Below are positions 52,036 through 63,921 of a stretch of DNA of 64,000 bases, piece by piece. The notes below the pieces were generated by a model. That model saw only the letters and a program-made list of their open reading frames with translations. It was not told where the DNA came from and made no database searches. Made by a program: the position numbers and the translations under genes. The DNA lies in the NCBI GenBank assembly GCA_035084275.1, contig CM068748.1, forward strand, positions 8,804,001 to 8,868,000, given 5' to 3'. This stretch comes from Hydrolagus colliei (Eukaryota). Every line of letters begins with the position of its first letter. Position 1 is the stretch's first letter.

Positions 52036-52412
52036 ACTCGCCAGGTGATGCTGCTGTCTTCTATCACCTGTGGGAAACTTTCTTTCCCTCCTACTCAGTG
52101 CCTCTGAATCTGAAGACATTCCCAAGGTCGAGGTTGCATATCTGACTGATTGACAACTGAGATTTATTATCAGGGTTTGTGGGCAGTGTCACGTAATTGG
52201 CTATAACTTAAAGGATTGTTAACCTGCACCTGTTAGAGTTGAGGTCCCCAGAACTGCTGCCTCACACCAGCGGGATATAAAGGACAGGTGCAGTCGAGTC
52301 TGCAAAGCAACAGCTCTTCCTACACAAATCTCTTCAACGTGACTCCTCTGAAAGTCACTCTTTCTCTCTTTGAATAATAATATAATCCGTGCATTTCATG
52401 TAGCGAGGTAGG

Positions 52413-52720
52413 TTAGGGTCGGTCTACCTCGTGTTCTGTGACCGTGCAATGGTTCCCATAGGATAGTAGCACTATGGACAGTTTCCTCCCGGCTTCTCCA
52501 GCTATGTCCGCTAAACCTAAGACGCCTCTGCGGTAATGTCTGTGATACCAGTGTGGTAGTGTACCATATAGCTCACTATTTGTCAGATGCTGTCGCCAGT
52601 AAACGTTCAGGGCGTCTCTTAGAAGCCTGGTATATACCTCACGAGTCACCTAATCTCCTGGGTTTGCCTAAGTGTCCAGCATTCTGCTCCATATAGGAGC
52701 GACTTTCAGCCCTCGCGTTA
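52413..52720 (-). mobile_element. RTE-clade LINE 3' fragment
   Basis: YTRLLRDALNVYWRQHLTNSELYGTLP, then frameshifted RRLRFSGHSWR and LLWEPLHGHRTRGRP, typical of the RTE ORF C-terminus. Confidence 0.75.
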
Positions 52721-54199
52721 ATGCACATTCATTATAATATGGAAATCGATATTGGTAGAGCGGTTGACGTATTCGCTTCAAAGCGACCGAGGCGTCTCGA
52801 ATACGGAACGCTATTAAAGAATTAATTTCCCCTCCCTTATTTTTTCAAGTATTTTTTCGTCAGATCAGTATTGCTTGATGGGTCACTTCCTTTAATTTTG
52901 ATTCTAAATAAATAAAAACTAACTACACTATTGCTCACAGTTCAACGATATTTTCAGGATAATGCTGATAACAGGCTTGTAACACGTGTGAATTAACTGT
53001 TTGACACTGATTTTCAGTTTCTGTATATTTTCTTGTCTTTTATAAAATTTGCTTTGCTGGAATATCTGAGCACATAATTCATACTTTACTCTTACATTAT
53101 TGTTCATTACAGTCCGAAAGAAATTTAGTCTTAGGATAACAATGCAGAACAACTTATTAATTACTGTCAATCTGTAGTTTATGATCATTTTCTCTATACG
53201 CCTACATTTATCAAGCATTCGTCATTGTACTGTGTTAATTGGATTGTAATTTACTTTATCGTTCGCATTCCTTACATCATCGAGTCAACAATCGTGTTTG
53301 CTTTTATCGGCGAACACATTCGACCTTCGCAATTAGACACGGACTACCGGGGAAAATATAAACACTGAATAAATAATGATGCTCTTAAACACCAAGGGCA
53401 TAAATACCGTTCATATTGGATCTTCTGAACCGATTAAATAACACCTCAAACTGTGTAAAACGTCGGAGCCTCGAGGGGGCCCCGGGGGCAGCCCCCAAGC
53501 CCCCGGCCAGTGTTGGTCCCATCACTAGCAATTCGCACCCCCCAAAAAAAAATCCTGCGTACGGCCCTGATACTGTACAATTATTATTTTTAAAGATGTT
53601 GCTGTTTCATGTGATTGCAGGCCTTTAAGTTTTTGACTCCTTCAACATGCCCCTGCAGCTATCCCAACTATACCTACAACCACAACTTTATGTTATCACA
53701 TCAAATCTGACCTAGCCATCCATTTATGTTTAAATTTACATATGTATTTGTTGTCACTTGGCAAGATTTTCATCAGAGCCACAATTGAAATGGGAATACC
53801 CAGATCTATTGTGTGCCTTGTAGCCAAAAGCAGAAATAAAACTGGTTGTGATGCATTCCTTACAGTTCACATGGAGAACAGGACAATTCAAGGAAGGGAC
53901 GTCAGCAGCAATCCATTTTTAAAAAATAAGTCAACAAATCTGGATCAGAACTCATTTGGGGCTTTTAACTACAAATATGTTTATTGCTATTTGAATACAA
54001 AATTAGAAGTGTATATTCCCCTTACTATTGGACAGGTAGAAAAAATATTGTTACTAAACAAATAATATCTCAGGATATAATATATAGTTTGGGACACACT
54101 GTCAAAACTGCCAGGACAGTTGGTCTTTTGCCGAGTAAACTCTTATGTTCTGACTATTCCATGAACTGAACATTGCCACAGTTGACAAAACAACTACAT

Positions 54200-54653
54200 T
54201 AATAGTGTGGCATATTGTTTTACAGACTGGGGGGTGAGTGTCCCACTGTAGACCCTGATTTCTGTCAGTACAGACGGGGGGGGGGGGGGGGGGGTGATGT
54301 GTGACCCACCGTAAACCCTGATCTCTGTCAGTACACACTGAGGGGAGGGGGTTGAGTGAGAGGTGGTGTTGAAGGGGAGGGGAAGGGTTGGAGGGGAGGT
54401 AGGGTTGGGGAGGGGGTGTTCGAGGGGAAGGATTGGGGGGGGGGAGGTGCTCGAGGGCAAGGGTTGAGGGTGAGATGTGTGTCCCACCGTAAACCCTGAT
54501 CGCTGTCGCAGCCAGTGACCTTGTCCCATGATCCTCAGCGCGGTAAACAAAGGCTGTTGTGGAGGTGGGCCGTGTCCCGGGGGCGGGAAAGAGGAGAGGA
54601 GCTGCTCTGACTGACACTGACACACACTGACTGACTGACTGTCTGACAGAGGA
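54200..54653 (+). promoter_or_regulatory. TFAM promoter region
   Basis: G-rich with moderate CpG; GGGGCGGGAAA (GC box/E2F-like) near 54580; three copies of an approximately 30-bp repeat. Confidence 0.6.
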
Positions 54654-54730
54654 ATGGCTTTCGTCCTGTCCCTTGGCGTTGCTGTGGTCGGTAAAAGGCT
54701 GGGGCTGTGCGGCTGCCGGGCTGTGCTCAG
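54654..54730 (+). CDS. TFAM: TFAM exon 1, coding part (mitochondrial presequence)
   Basis: ggaATGG context; MAFVLSLGVAVVGKRLGLCGCRAVL; CTC AG|gttggt is phase 2 and matches exon 2. Confidence 0.8.
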
Positions 54731-57700
54731 GTTGGTGTAGTGTTAGCCCGGGATCTGGGCCTGGGCTCCAGGCTATTGTCTCTCTCTCTCTCTCTGTTAC
54801 ACGCGGTCCCTTTACTCGCTGGGTGGGATGTAAACGGTTAGACCTGAAGCGCGGGAATGTGGCTTGTCTGGTCTCTGCTGTAAATGTTTACAACCGCCTA
54901 GTCCACAAGGTCCGATAACATATTGTTCACTCCTACAAACCCCTTTACTGTACTGTACAGTACTGTTTGCCTGTCCTGGCAGTGATACTGTCCGTGTCTT
55001 TATGTTCCCCTTTGTACATCCTCCAGAGCTCCTGACTGATACAGTTATAATAATAAATAATGTTTTGTTATAACTGATCAGTTAACTGGTTTGTGACATG
55101 TGGCTATTAACTGATATGTGTGTGACATGTTACCGTTAACTTACTGAATGAAGGTAATGCAGCAGTGAGCTTTTTGATATTGATATTTGATTTGGATGTT
55201 TCGTGTTTGGAGGATGTCTCAAAGCGCTTTGCTGGATATACTAAAGGAACTGGAGTAGGCCATTCAGCCCCTCGAGCCTGTTCCGCCCGTTCTATCCAAA
55301 GGGATACGGCGTGAAAGCGGGAAATTGGAATTGAAAGGATTAGTGGAGATACAAATCAGCCATGATCTAATCAAGTGGCGGAAGGAACAGGCTCAAAGGG
55401 CTGGCTGTATGGCCTTACTCCTGTTTCTATGTTTATTAAATCAAAACAAATGCCTATACCTCAACTCCAGACACCCGCCTTTGTCCATATCCTGTGATAA
55501 CCCATACTGAACAAAAATCTAACCACCCCAGCCATGAAATCAATGGCAAGTTTTATTTGGGGAATTTTAAAAAAAAATGCAAAATATTTGCAGATGCTGG
55601 AAATCTGAAACAAAAACAGAAATCACTGAGAACACTCAGCAGGTCAGGTAGCATCTATAGAGAAAGGAAAAGTGAGTCAACGGGTCCACGACCCTTCGTC
55701 AGAACTTATTTGGAGGATTGTTTGCCAGGACACAGGAAGAAACTCCATACTCTCCTAATATTTGGTATTAATCCAAAAAAGAAGTAGATAACTTAAAATT
55801 TAGACCACAGCACATAGTATTGTGACTCTTGTGAGAATATATTTCTTTACAGTATTTTCTTTATCATCAGTTCCAGCAATGCGTGCTCAGCAGTTAGAAT
55901 GTTTTCACTGGAGAGAGGCTCCGTGACACCTCCAAAGCGCCCAATGTCTGCTTACCTGCGTTATGTTGTGGAGCAGCATCGTGTATTATTGCTTCAGGTT
56001 CCAGGTAAGATAATCCAAATGCAGATCAAGTTGGCAATGAAGGAAAGCTATAATTGTAGTATATAATACTTACCTTGTGATACCATATTTACAGGGTCTT
56101 ATTTTGTATTTTATGACCACCAATTTGAGCTATGTTGGTGCTGGGCCTTTTCTAGATCAATTGTATATCTGGCATATGTTTCTCTGTATTATAACAGGCA
56201 CCAGATATTCCATTTTTCTTGTTGTCTGTAATTAGAATTGTGTCGGAAGCAGCTTCATGTTTCAGCATGCCCATTATCTCTTTACAGATTTAAAAATAGT
56301 AGATAAAACCAAGAGGATTGCTGAGGCATGGAGACACTTAACACCAGAACAAAAACAGGTAAGAACTTTCTTAATCGTTGGTGCTCAGTAATGGGGCAGT
56401 GAAGCTGTTGTGTGTTTTCTTTAGATATCGATTGTTGAAAGAAAAACTTTAATTGCGCCCTTCATATTCAAACATAATCCTAAAATCTTTTTGTGGTCAG
56501 GAATTAAAAGTGCCAAATTTATTGGTTGGTTGGTAAGTGTTTTGTAAAATAGTCGAATTCTGCTCTTTTTAAGCAACTTAATTGGAAATAAGCAAATACG
56601 TTTCTCACACAGCATGTCATGTTTACTGTCCTCTGCATACAACCAATATTGACATTATACACAGGCATGCATACTCAGAAAGAGTCTAAAGAATGAGACC
56701 TCTTACAAGATTGAGTGATGTGGTGCAGCTTCTAGAATATTTGTTTTTCAGCTGTGATTTTAGCAAATAATGGCAGTACTTGCAAGTGGGAGTCTAAAGT
56801 GGTAGGTGATCTGTTTTAACTTAATTGAGAAAATTGTTATTGAGAAACTAAAGTCCTTAAAATGTCCCAAAAGTGCTAGTATTACTAGAATACATTTGTG
56901 GATATTAAAGAGAATGAGACTGAAATAGTGGATGGGATGACAAATGTGTTAAGCCAAAGCCTCTCAGCATTGGTTTTATCTGTTACCTCAAACATCTTTG
57001 AATACATATATACATTATTTCCTTCCAGCCTTATCAAATTGCTGCAAATGAAGGGAAGATAAAATACAAGGAGGAAGTGGAAACATTCAAAGCCAATCAC
57101 ACCCCAGCAGAATTGGCCACCTTCAAAGAAGAGAGGAGGAGAAAACTGGCCAAACGGAGAATGATGAGGCAAAAACGGGTGAGCGTTAAATTGGTAACAT
57201 ATGGCAGATCTACCTTAAACTATTCAGGGTACAATAAGAGGAGTAAATCAGTTATGCTAGTTTTTGATATAGGGGTAGGAGAAGACATTTGAAGATTTTA
57301 ATGAGTACAACTATGACCATTTATTTATGAATCAACACTTCCCAGCTTATTTAAAGCTACTTTTTTTTAACTCATTAAAGTAATTGTTTTCGATGAATCA
57401 AATACATAAGTACAACATTCTTCGTGGTCTATAAATATTTATCTGGTATTTTCCAAGGAGTGCGAAAGTGTTATCTAAGGAAATTTTCCGGTGATTTCCA
57501 ATTCCCAAGCCTTTTAATAAGTAAACAAATTCAACAACAACAACTTCGATTTATATATCGCCCTCCATGCTGGACGGTGTCTCAGAGCGCTTAATTCAGC
57601 CAATTATGTATCAATACATGTGGTTGTTGAACCAATACAAATTTCAGCTTTGTAAAGTAAGTGTCCAAATCATTGAAAAAGTACAAGTGTTCAACACATT

Positions 57701-60700
57701 AATGCAACATACTAGTAGTGCCTCATTATAGCAGGCAAATCTCAACCACTGATTGGTGCTTCTCCGGTAAATTGTGTACAGATGCTTCAGTGTGAAGCGA
57801 CCCTGATGGTCCAAACTTTGGCCATTTTTTTTTGCATGTGGAAGACCAAAATGGCCATTAAGCCATCTTCATGGAGCCAACACACATATTTTAGAATGTT
57901 ATATGTAAATAAATGTTAGGTTCCATGTCTCATATGCTCTGAGCAAATCCGTATGATAACAAAGTGCATTACAATGGGATTCCTCTCTATTTAGGAGCTT
58001 TAAATTATTCAAAGTATTTGTTACTAATCTATTTTATGCAGCATTTTTGATGAAAGTACCTTCCCATAGACAATCTGGTCATTGAATTACAGAAGGTGAA
58101 CTATAAATTAAAGAGACCAAACAGTTAAAATCAGTCTTGACTAACACGTACATCCTGTTTTCTGACTTTATTATCTGTCACATTTGAGCTCAGCATTTTA
58201 AATGGTCTGAAATCTTTTAATTTAAAAAAAATCTAAAACCTATCTGAAGCATTGTTTTATTTTGTATGCAGAAGCTTACCATGTTGGGTAAACCCAAAAG
58301 ATCCCGAACAGCTTTTAATATCTTCATGTCTGAACACTTTGACGAAGCCAAAGGCTCTACTGTACAGGTAAAAATGACCTGAAATAATCAAATTGCTTGC
58401 CAAAGATTGACAGTAATGACTATTTTGAGTTTGTAAGTAGAATTTGTTAACACCAATTAGAGATGGTTGCATCTTAAGGACATTTTGATGATATTAATCA
58501 GCTTTGTGCCAAAGGGATTAACAGTTGCTCACAGACTGGATTTATATGCTTGTATACCATAGTCTGCAGACTGGAAGATTGTAGCCAAGACAAATATACC
58601 AATTACATTTTTGTTTTCCATTGTGCTCTTTGTATGTGGCTCTGTGGCATATAAATGTGGATGGATATCACTTTGTACACAAACTGCACTTTTCCTTGGT
58701 GATGAGAGTTCCTTTCAACAGTTGGAAAGGCAGAATCTGCCTTTTCTGAAATGGAGTTTTATATTAAATTCGGACACCAGCAGCAAAGGTTTCTCTTTAA
58801 AGAAGAGTGATTACTTACCTTCATTTATTAACTAGATCTTTTACAGTGTATATATTTGGCGTAATACTTTTTTAACAAGACCATTTCCTGTTTAACTGAT
58901 TTAATGGCCTAGCACAGTAACATAATTAGCACATCTGACATCTGCATCTAAATTGGTGAGTTTTCCTGGCTAATTACTGTCTAATTTAATTCATCCTTTA
59001 AAAATGTCTCCTATCTTCACCAAAAAAACCCACAAAAGCCACAGAACAATCCTGACTCATCACACTGTGCAAAACTAAAATTGTATCAATTGGAGGATTT
59101 TGTAGTTGAAGGGTGGGTTTTCTGGGATTTAAGCTTATGGACTCAAAATACTTGATACAGTACAACAGTACATAGGTTAGAAATTAGCAGACAGATATAT
59201 GCAATGTTCAGTCTAAGTTTCTATTATTGTACTCCTTCATATTTACTTCTGTTGTATTCCATCTTGAATAGAGTACAACTTTCAAGGTCTTCCATGGCCT
59301 TGCCCCCTCCTACGTCTCTGACCCGCTGACCCCCTACTGTCCACTCCCTCCATTCAGTAGGCTCCTGCCTGCCCCATGTCTCCCGCCCGACCTGCCTTAC
59401 CATCAGCGGCCAAGCTTTCAGCCTCTCAGCCCCCAACCTTTGGAACTCCATCACATGATCCCTTCACCTTACTCCCTCCGTTGCCTGCTTCAAGGCCATT
59501 CTCAGCACCCTCCTTTTCGACCATGCCTTCAGCCGCACTCCTACCTCTTTGCTCTCCCTCATCCCAACCCTGCTCCCCCCTCACGCCCAAATCCCCTGAC
59601 TGTTCAGCGTCTTGTGACGTCCTCCCAACGTGAAAGTTGCCCTACAAATATAATTTTGTTGTTGCTGAATATAAATCAGAAAAATGAAAAAATTGTTATC
59701 ACATAGCTATGTTTTTTTAGGCTAAACTGAAGAACCTGCAGGATGAATGGCATGGTCTATCTGCATCACAAAAAAAGGTTGGTGTAGCTTTTGACATAAA
59801 CCAGGACAATAGTACAGTACAGGTATCCCTCCCCAACCATGGGGGATAAGTTCCTGAAAACCTCAGCGGTTAGTAAAACCTCGGTTGGAAAATGCAGGGC
59901 CCCATGAGGATAGGGGGAGTAAGTTTGCTTGTCCTTGAACTAAACACAAAACAATTTATGCTGTTTACCAAAATCCTAATGATGATGATGGTGGTGGGGG
60001 AGGTGGTTGTTACGTGCTGTTACATGGAAGAGGGGCCCTGCGCACCATCTTTCTCTGCCTCCTCCAGATCATAAATCACCGACGAGTGCGAGAGGGGTGG
60101 ATGTAGAGAAGGTGATGTGGTGGGTGATACCGAGGGGGGTGGATGCGGAGAAGCGACATCGTGGCTAGTTGATTGCGACATCGCAACTGGGTCCTAGCGC
60201 CAAACGCTAGTGTTAAAACCTGTGGATACGCAAAATTCACTGCCGCGGTTGGCAAAGGTTGTCGTAGAGAGGCAACTGTGGATCCATGAAATTCGCAGTA
60301 GAAAGAAACGTGGTTGGAGTGGGGGTACCTGTACTATACATCATTCTCAATTTATTCAGTGATTTAGCAAATATCAGAATTTTAAGTGCTCAGAGATGCT
60401 ACCCAGTGTGAAGGGTGCTATATACTTGCATGTTCCTGTTGTTTTAAGTTTCACAGCAATTTCTGCTTTCTTTCACAAATTAGAATTCTACTTTTATTCC
60501 CTGTTTAATGAGTAATTATTAATAATATTAGGAATTGTGCAGCCCCATTTGTTTGATTCTTTAGATTTATCGCAAATAATTTTTTTTACAGTGCCCACTA
60601 AAACCCCCAAATATCTTCTGTGGTGTACAAACCATAGTGATCTATCGTGTTGTGTTTGACCTTGGAATGTCCTCCCGACGTGAAAGGCGCTTTATAAATA

Positions 60701-61369
60701 TAATTTTGTTGTGATCTGGTATACTAATTAGCCGACTGAATTTAGTTCATGCAAAACATGATAATTATGCTGAGTTATTCGCTGATGTCTATTGAGGGAA
60801 ACCCATTGTTGCATGGGGGAAGATCACTTCATTGTTCTGAAACAATGACTGTCCTCCTGACGTGAAAGGCACTATACAAGTCCCGGAATGTCCTTGCATT
60901 GAACATACCATCTCCCAAATTGAAGTGGTTGGTTGGTTGGTTGGTTGTGACCTGTAACACCATTTTAAAGGGTGTGGGTTAAAAAGAAAGACATTAGAGT
61001 ATTTTAAAATGTGAAAAGAGCATGGAATATTTTCTATATAACTTTTTCGTTTGAGTTCAAAATTATTTCCGAAAATAGTCTTGTCTCAAAATATCAGAAA
61101 GGATTGAATCAAGCCATCTATTACTTTCCTAGATGTACACACAGTTAGCTGAGGATGACAAAATCCGTTACCAGAATGAAATTAAGACCTGGGAGGAGCA
61201 AATGATTGAGGCAGGACATGAAGACCTTGTTCGCATGAAACAGAAAGGAAGAACAAGAGCAAAACGAGCTGTGACCAAAGTGATTTCTACAAAAGCTAAA
61301 CCCTCAAAGCCTTCTACAACTTCAAACCAGGTCAAGTCAGTCAAGAGTAAGAAGAAAGCAGAGGAATAA
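54654..61369 (+). CDS. TFAM: Mitochondrial transcription factor A, about 279 aa: join(54654..54730,55853..56004,56288..56358,57029..57178,58272..58367,59721..59777,61133..61369)
   Basis: Presequence-like N-terminus, HMG box A (PPKRPMSAYLRY...IAEAWRHLTPEQKQPY), basic linker, HMG box B (GKPKRSRTAFNIFMSE...EWHGLSASQKKMYTQLAEDDKIRYQNEIKTWEEQM) and basic tail; 840 nt in frame. Confidence 0.95.
55244..55435. mobile_element. CR1 3' tail in a head-to-head inverted duplication
   Basis: GGAGTAGGCCATTCAGCCCCTCGAGCCTGTTCCGCC (-) followed by GGCGGAAGGAACAGGCTCAAAGGGCTG..ATGGCCTTACTCC (+). Confidence 0.65.
55569..55706 (-). mobile_element. Second copy of the Penelope-like terminal fragment (TFAM intron 1)
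   Basis: Matches the reverse complement of 18927-19055; hammerhead core CTGACGA is intact but GAAAC is deleted. Confidence 0.7.
55853..56004 (+). CDS. TFAM: TFAM exon 2 (alternative in-frame acceptor at 55871 possible)
   Basis: tttacag|T ATT TTC ... CCT CCA AAG CGC CCA ATG ... CCA G|gtaag. Confidence 0.88.
56288..56358 (+). CDS. TFAM: TFAM exon 3 (71 nt)
   Basis: tttacag|AT TTA AAA ... AAA CAG|gtaag. Confidence 0.94.
57029..57178 (+). CDS. TFAM: TFAM exon 4 (150 nt)
   Basis: ttccag|CCT TAT CAA ... AAA CGG|gtgagc. Confidence 0.94.
58272..58367 (+). CDS. TFAM: TFAM exon 5 (96 nt)
   Basis: tgcag|AAG CTT ACC ATG TTG GGT AAA CCC ... GTA CAG|gtaaaa. Confidence 0.94.
59280..59665 (+). mobile_element. 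L2 LINE 3' fragment
   Basis: Similar to 46330-46740, with tail GTGAAAG..AATATAATT(TTG)n. Confidence 0.82.
59721..59777 (+). CDS. TFAM: TFAM exon 6 (57 nt)
   Basis: ttttag|GCT AAA CTG ... AAA AAG|gttggt. Confidence 0.92.
59820..60331. mobile_element. Tigger-like MITE (TFAM intron 6)
   Basis: TIRs CAGGTATCCCTCCCCAACCA / TGGTTGGAGTGGGGGTACCTG; TA flanks. Confidence 0.75.
61133..61369 (+). CDS. TFAM: TFAM exon 7, coding part
   Basis: cctag|ATG TAC ACA ... GAG GAA TAA. Confidence 0.95.
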   Translation: MYTQLAEDDKIRYQNEIKTWEEQMIEAGHEDLVRMKQKGRTRAKRAVTKVISTKAKPSKPSTTSNQVKSVKSKKKAEE

Positions 61370-62989
61370 AATAGATTTTGGAAATCTCTGATATCGCTAA
61401 CTGTACTTGTAACATATATTGAAGTCTTTTCTGACAGTTGGAAAAGTTCCAAAGATGACATGTATTACCTGTATTGAGCCTATACCTGAAGCATTTCATA
61501 GGATGTCAAGAAAGTGATAAATTTTTCTACTGAACAGTTACAGAAAGCCAAGTACTGAAAATCTGCTGCATTTAATACTCCCAAGTGCTTAATGTGTGGA
61601 ATCCAACTTGGGCTATTATGTGTAAAGTTTCAGTTTTCAATGTTTTTAGTTTAATTTTCAATGTGCATACTGTTTTTATTTGTAGTGATTTTTGTTTTTG
61701 TCAGCAAAAATCTTAACATCACTACCCAAGGATGTGCAATGCTAACACAGTGACATCCATCCTATAGTGACTCGAAAACCTGGAGGTTGGTCACTTTTGA
61801 AGTTCAAAACTAGTGTTAAAAATGTTAATTATTTTCCTGAATCTGGGGGAGAGATTTTTTTGTATCAATATAATTCTCTTCCCCCACACTCACACTCCAA
61901 TTAAAATCTGAATCAGACAATGATTATTATGTAACATTTTCCGCAGTATAAACGTATTGTCCCGTGTTCACCGTAGCTATAAATCAATAATTCATTGCGG
62001 TTTTACAAAATCGTGTTTTGTAACCTACAATTAGTGAAACTGCGATGAACTGATTCTATAGTATAAATGTTTTGCAAACTGAATAATCAATGAAAACAAA
62101 TTAATAGTTGAGCGATTATTCTTGAATTATGTTGGTGTAAATAAAATTTGAGATTGTAAACCATGTGAATGCTTAATTTGTCAACAGTTTTCTCTAGCTG
62201 TAGCAAACAGCAAAGGAGGAAACAATTGTTTGGGGATTTGTAATGCTGGGATACATTTTCATTTCACACTGATATGGTTAAGACTAGGATCTAAACCGAG
62301 TGATGTGTGTATGCGGAATCATGTTTGTACTTTCCACTCCTGTACCATGCATTGGAATTCCAACGTTGTGCTCGATACATATAGAGTCGATATAACACAT
62401 ACATTTTCATGGAAAGTTAATTTGTTCATATGTTTAATTATAACAACCTTTTTTAAAGTTAGTAGGAGTTATCCTACCACAACAGCTTCCTGTTGAATGG
62501 GTATCTGACTAGAGCTCACAGTGAAATGCCATATGGTACAAGGGAAAACTGAGTTCGAGTTATTTTGGTGATTTGCTCATTTTGTTAGGCCATGGTGATT
62601 TAGAATCTTGCAGTAATACTGAATAATTATTGAACAAAGCTGCTTCTAGCTAAACTATTGAAATGGTAGAAGTTAGTTTTTTTTTAAAAGGCTGCCAAAT
62701 TAGCTTTTTGCCCAAAATGTTTTAGTTCTTATTTCCTTGAGCTGTAAACTGACAGGAACAAACAGTTGCGGGTACTGGAACCGATATGTACTGTATATTG
62801 TATTTTTCTATTTTTGTTCTGTAATCATGTAGTGTTTATTGTGAAACTTTCAACTATGGCTACAACAGTGATGTTTTTCAAAGCACTGTATTAATTACTG
62901 GAATTATGGCCTTTCAACTTTTTGAGATTGCAATAGCAATAAAATAGAATGTCTAACCAGATTACACTGTCTCAGATTATACGATGAAA

Positions 62990-63167
62990 AACAACAATAA
63001 ATTGATCACTTCAATCCACGACTGTTTGTGGGACACTGCTGTGCACAATTGGCTGCCATGTTCCGCCCACAGATGTACAGTCAATTCACTTTACAGTATA
63101 TTCTGTGAAGCGCTTTGAGATGTCTAGAAGACGTGAAAAGCTCTATATCAAATGCAAGGATTATTAT
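62990..63167 (+). mobile_element. 3' half of a SINE
   Basis: Core and tail match 42780-42960. Confidence 0.8.
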
Positions 63168-63235
63168 GCTTGTGTAGTAAGGAAAACATACATTTAAATT
63201 GCCACTATGACCTTTTCCTAATGCTACTCTAGATG

Positions 63236-63251
63236 TGGCCACCAGGGGGAG
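63236..63251 (+). promoter_or_regulatory. Candidate CTCF site
   Basis: TGGCCACCAGGGGGAG is a close match to the CTCF core TGGCCACCAGGGGGCGC. Confidence 0.6.
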
Positions 63252-63921
63252 AAGAAACGACTACTTTTGCATTCTATTTATACCCACATTGCTTCTGGCT
63301 TTAGGAGATGAAGTGTGAGCAGTGACTGGAGATTGTGTTGAATTGCACTAAAGTACAACAGTTGTATATTAGATCTTAGTTTCTGCTTACAAGAAAATAA
63401 GTCAATATACTTGGTAGTAATTACACGTGAAGTACTTTGAGACATTGAGATGATAAGGTATTTCCAAAAACTCAAGTTCTAGCTTTTTCCATTTTTGTAT
63501 AGATTCATTCATATGTAATGTCAGCATCATTTGCATCACAGAAGTCCAAATAGCTTGACTGCAGTTGACTTTAAAATGTTGCTCAGTCTTAATTTTTCTA
63601 ATGAAGGTTTTGATGTGAGTTACTGTGGAAAAAAAGGATTATCCTGAAAATTTCACATAATTTACCTTTCTCAAAATTCTACCTCCTTCCTGTTAGAACA
63701 GAAGATATCTTCTGGAATTTAAAAATCCTTTGAGGTATAAAAGTTATCTATTGAGTTCATCATCCAGCATTGCCAACAGTTTTTTATGATCAGAAAGCCA
63801 ATCGTTTTAGTGCTTACCGAGTGATAAGTGACTTGCAATTTTGCCTATGATTGTAGAAATTTCTCTTATAAAGAGAGTATCGCAGAAGCTAAGACTAATT
63901 CATTTTATCTAATACAGTATA

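Larger units (their letters stand above)
50928..53569. mobile_element. Non-autonomous hAT-like DNA transposon with an apparent 5-bp TSD, carrying a nested SINE and an RTE fragment
   Basis: TIR CA(A/G)GGCCGTACGCAGG at both ends; ATACT at 50923-50927 and 53570-53574. Confidence 0.75.

Noticed and set aside
52187-52372. TGTCAC start plus TATAAA, resembling a solo LTR
   Set aside because: No matching ..ACA end, TSD or second copy is visible.
54238-54512. Repeat-spacer-repeat pattern resembling a CRISPR array
   Set aside because: Only three degenerate copies, spacers are unequal low-complexity G-runs, the context is a eukaryotic promoter, and there are no cas genes.
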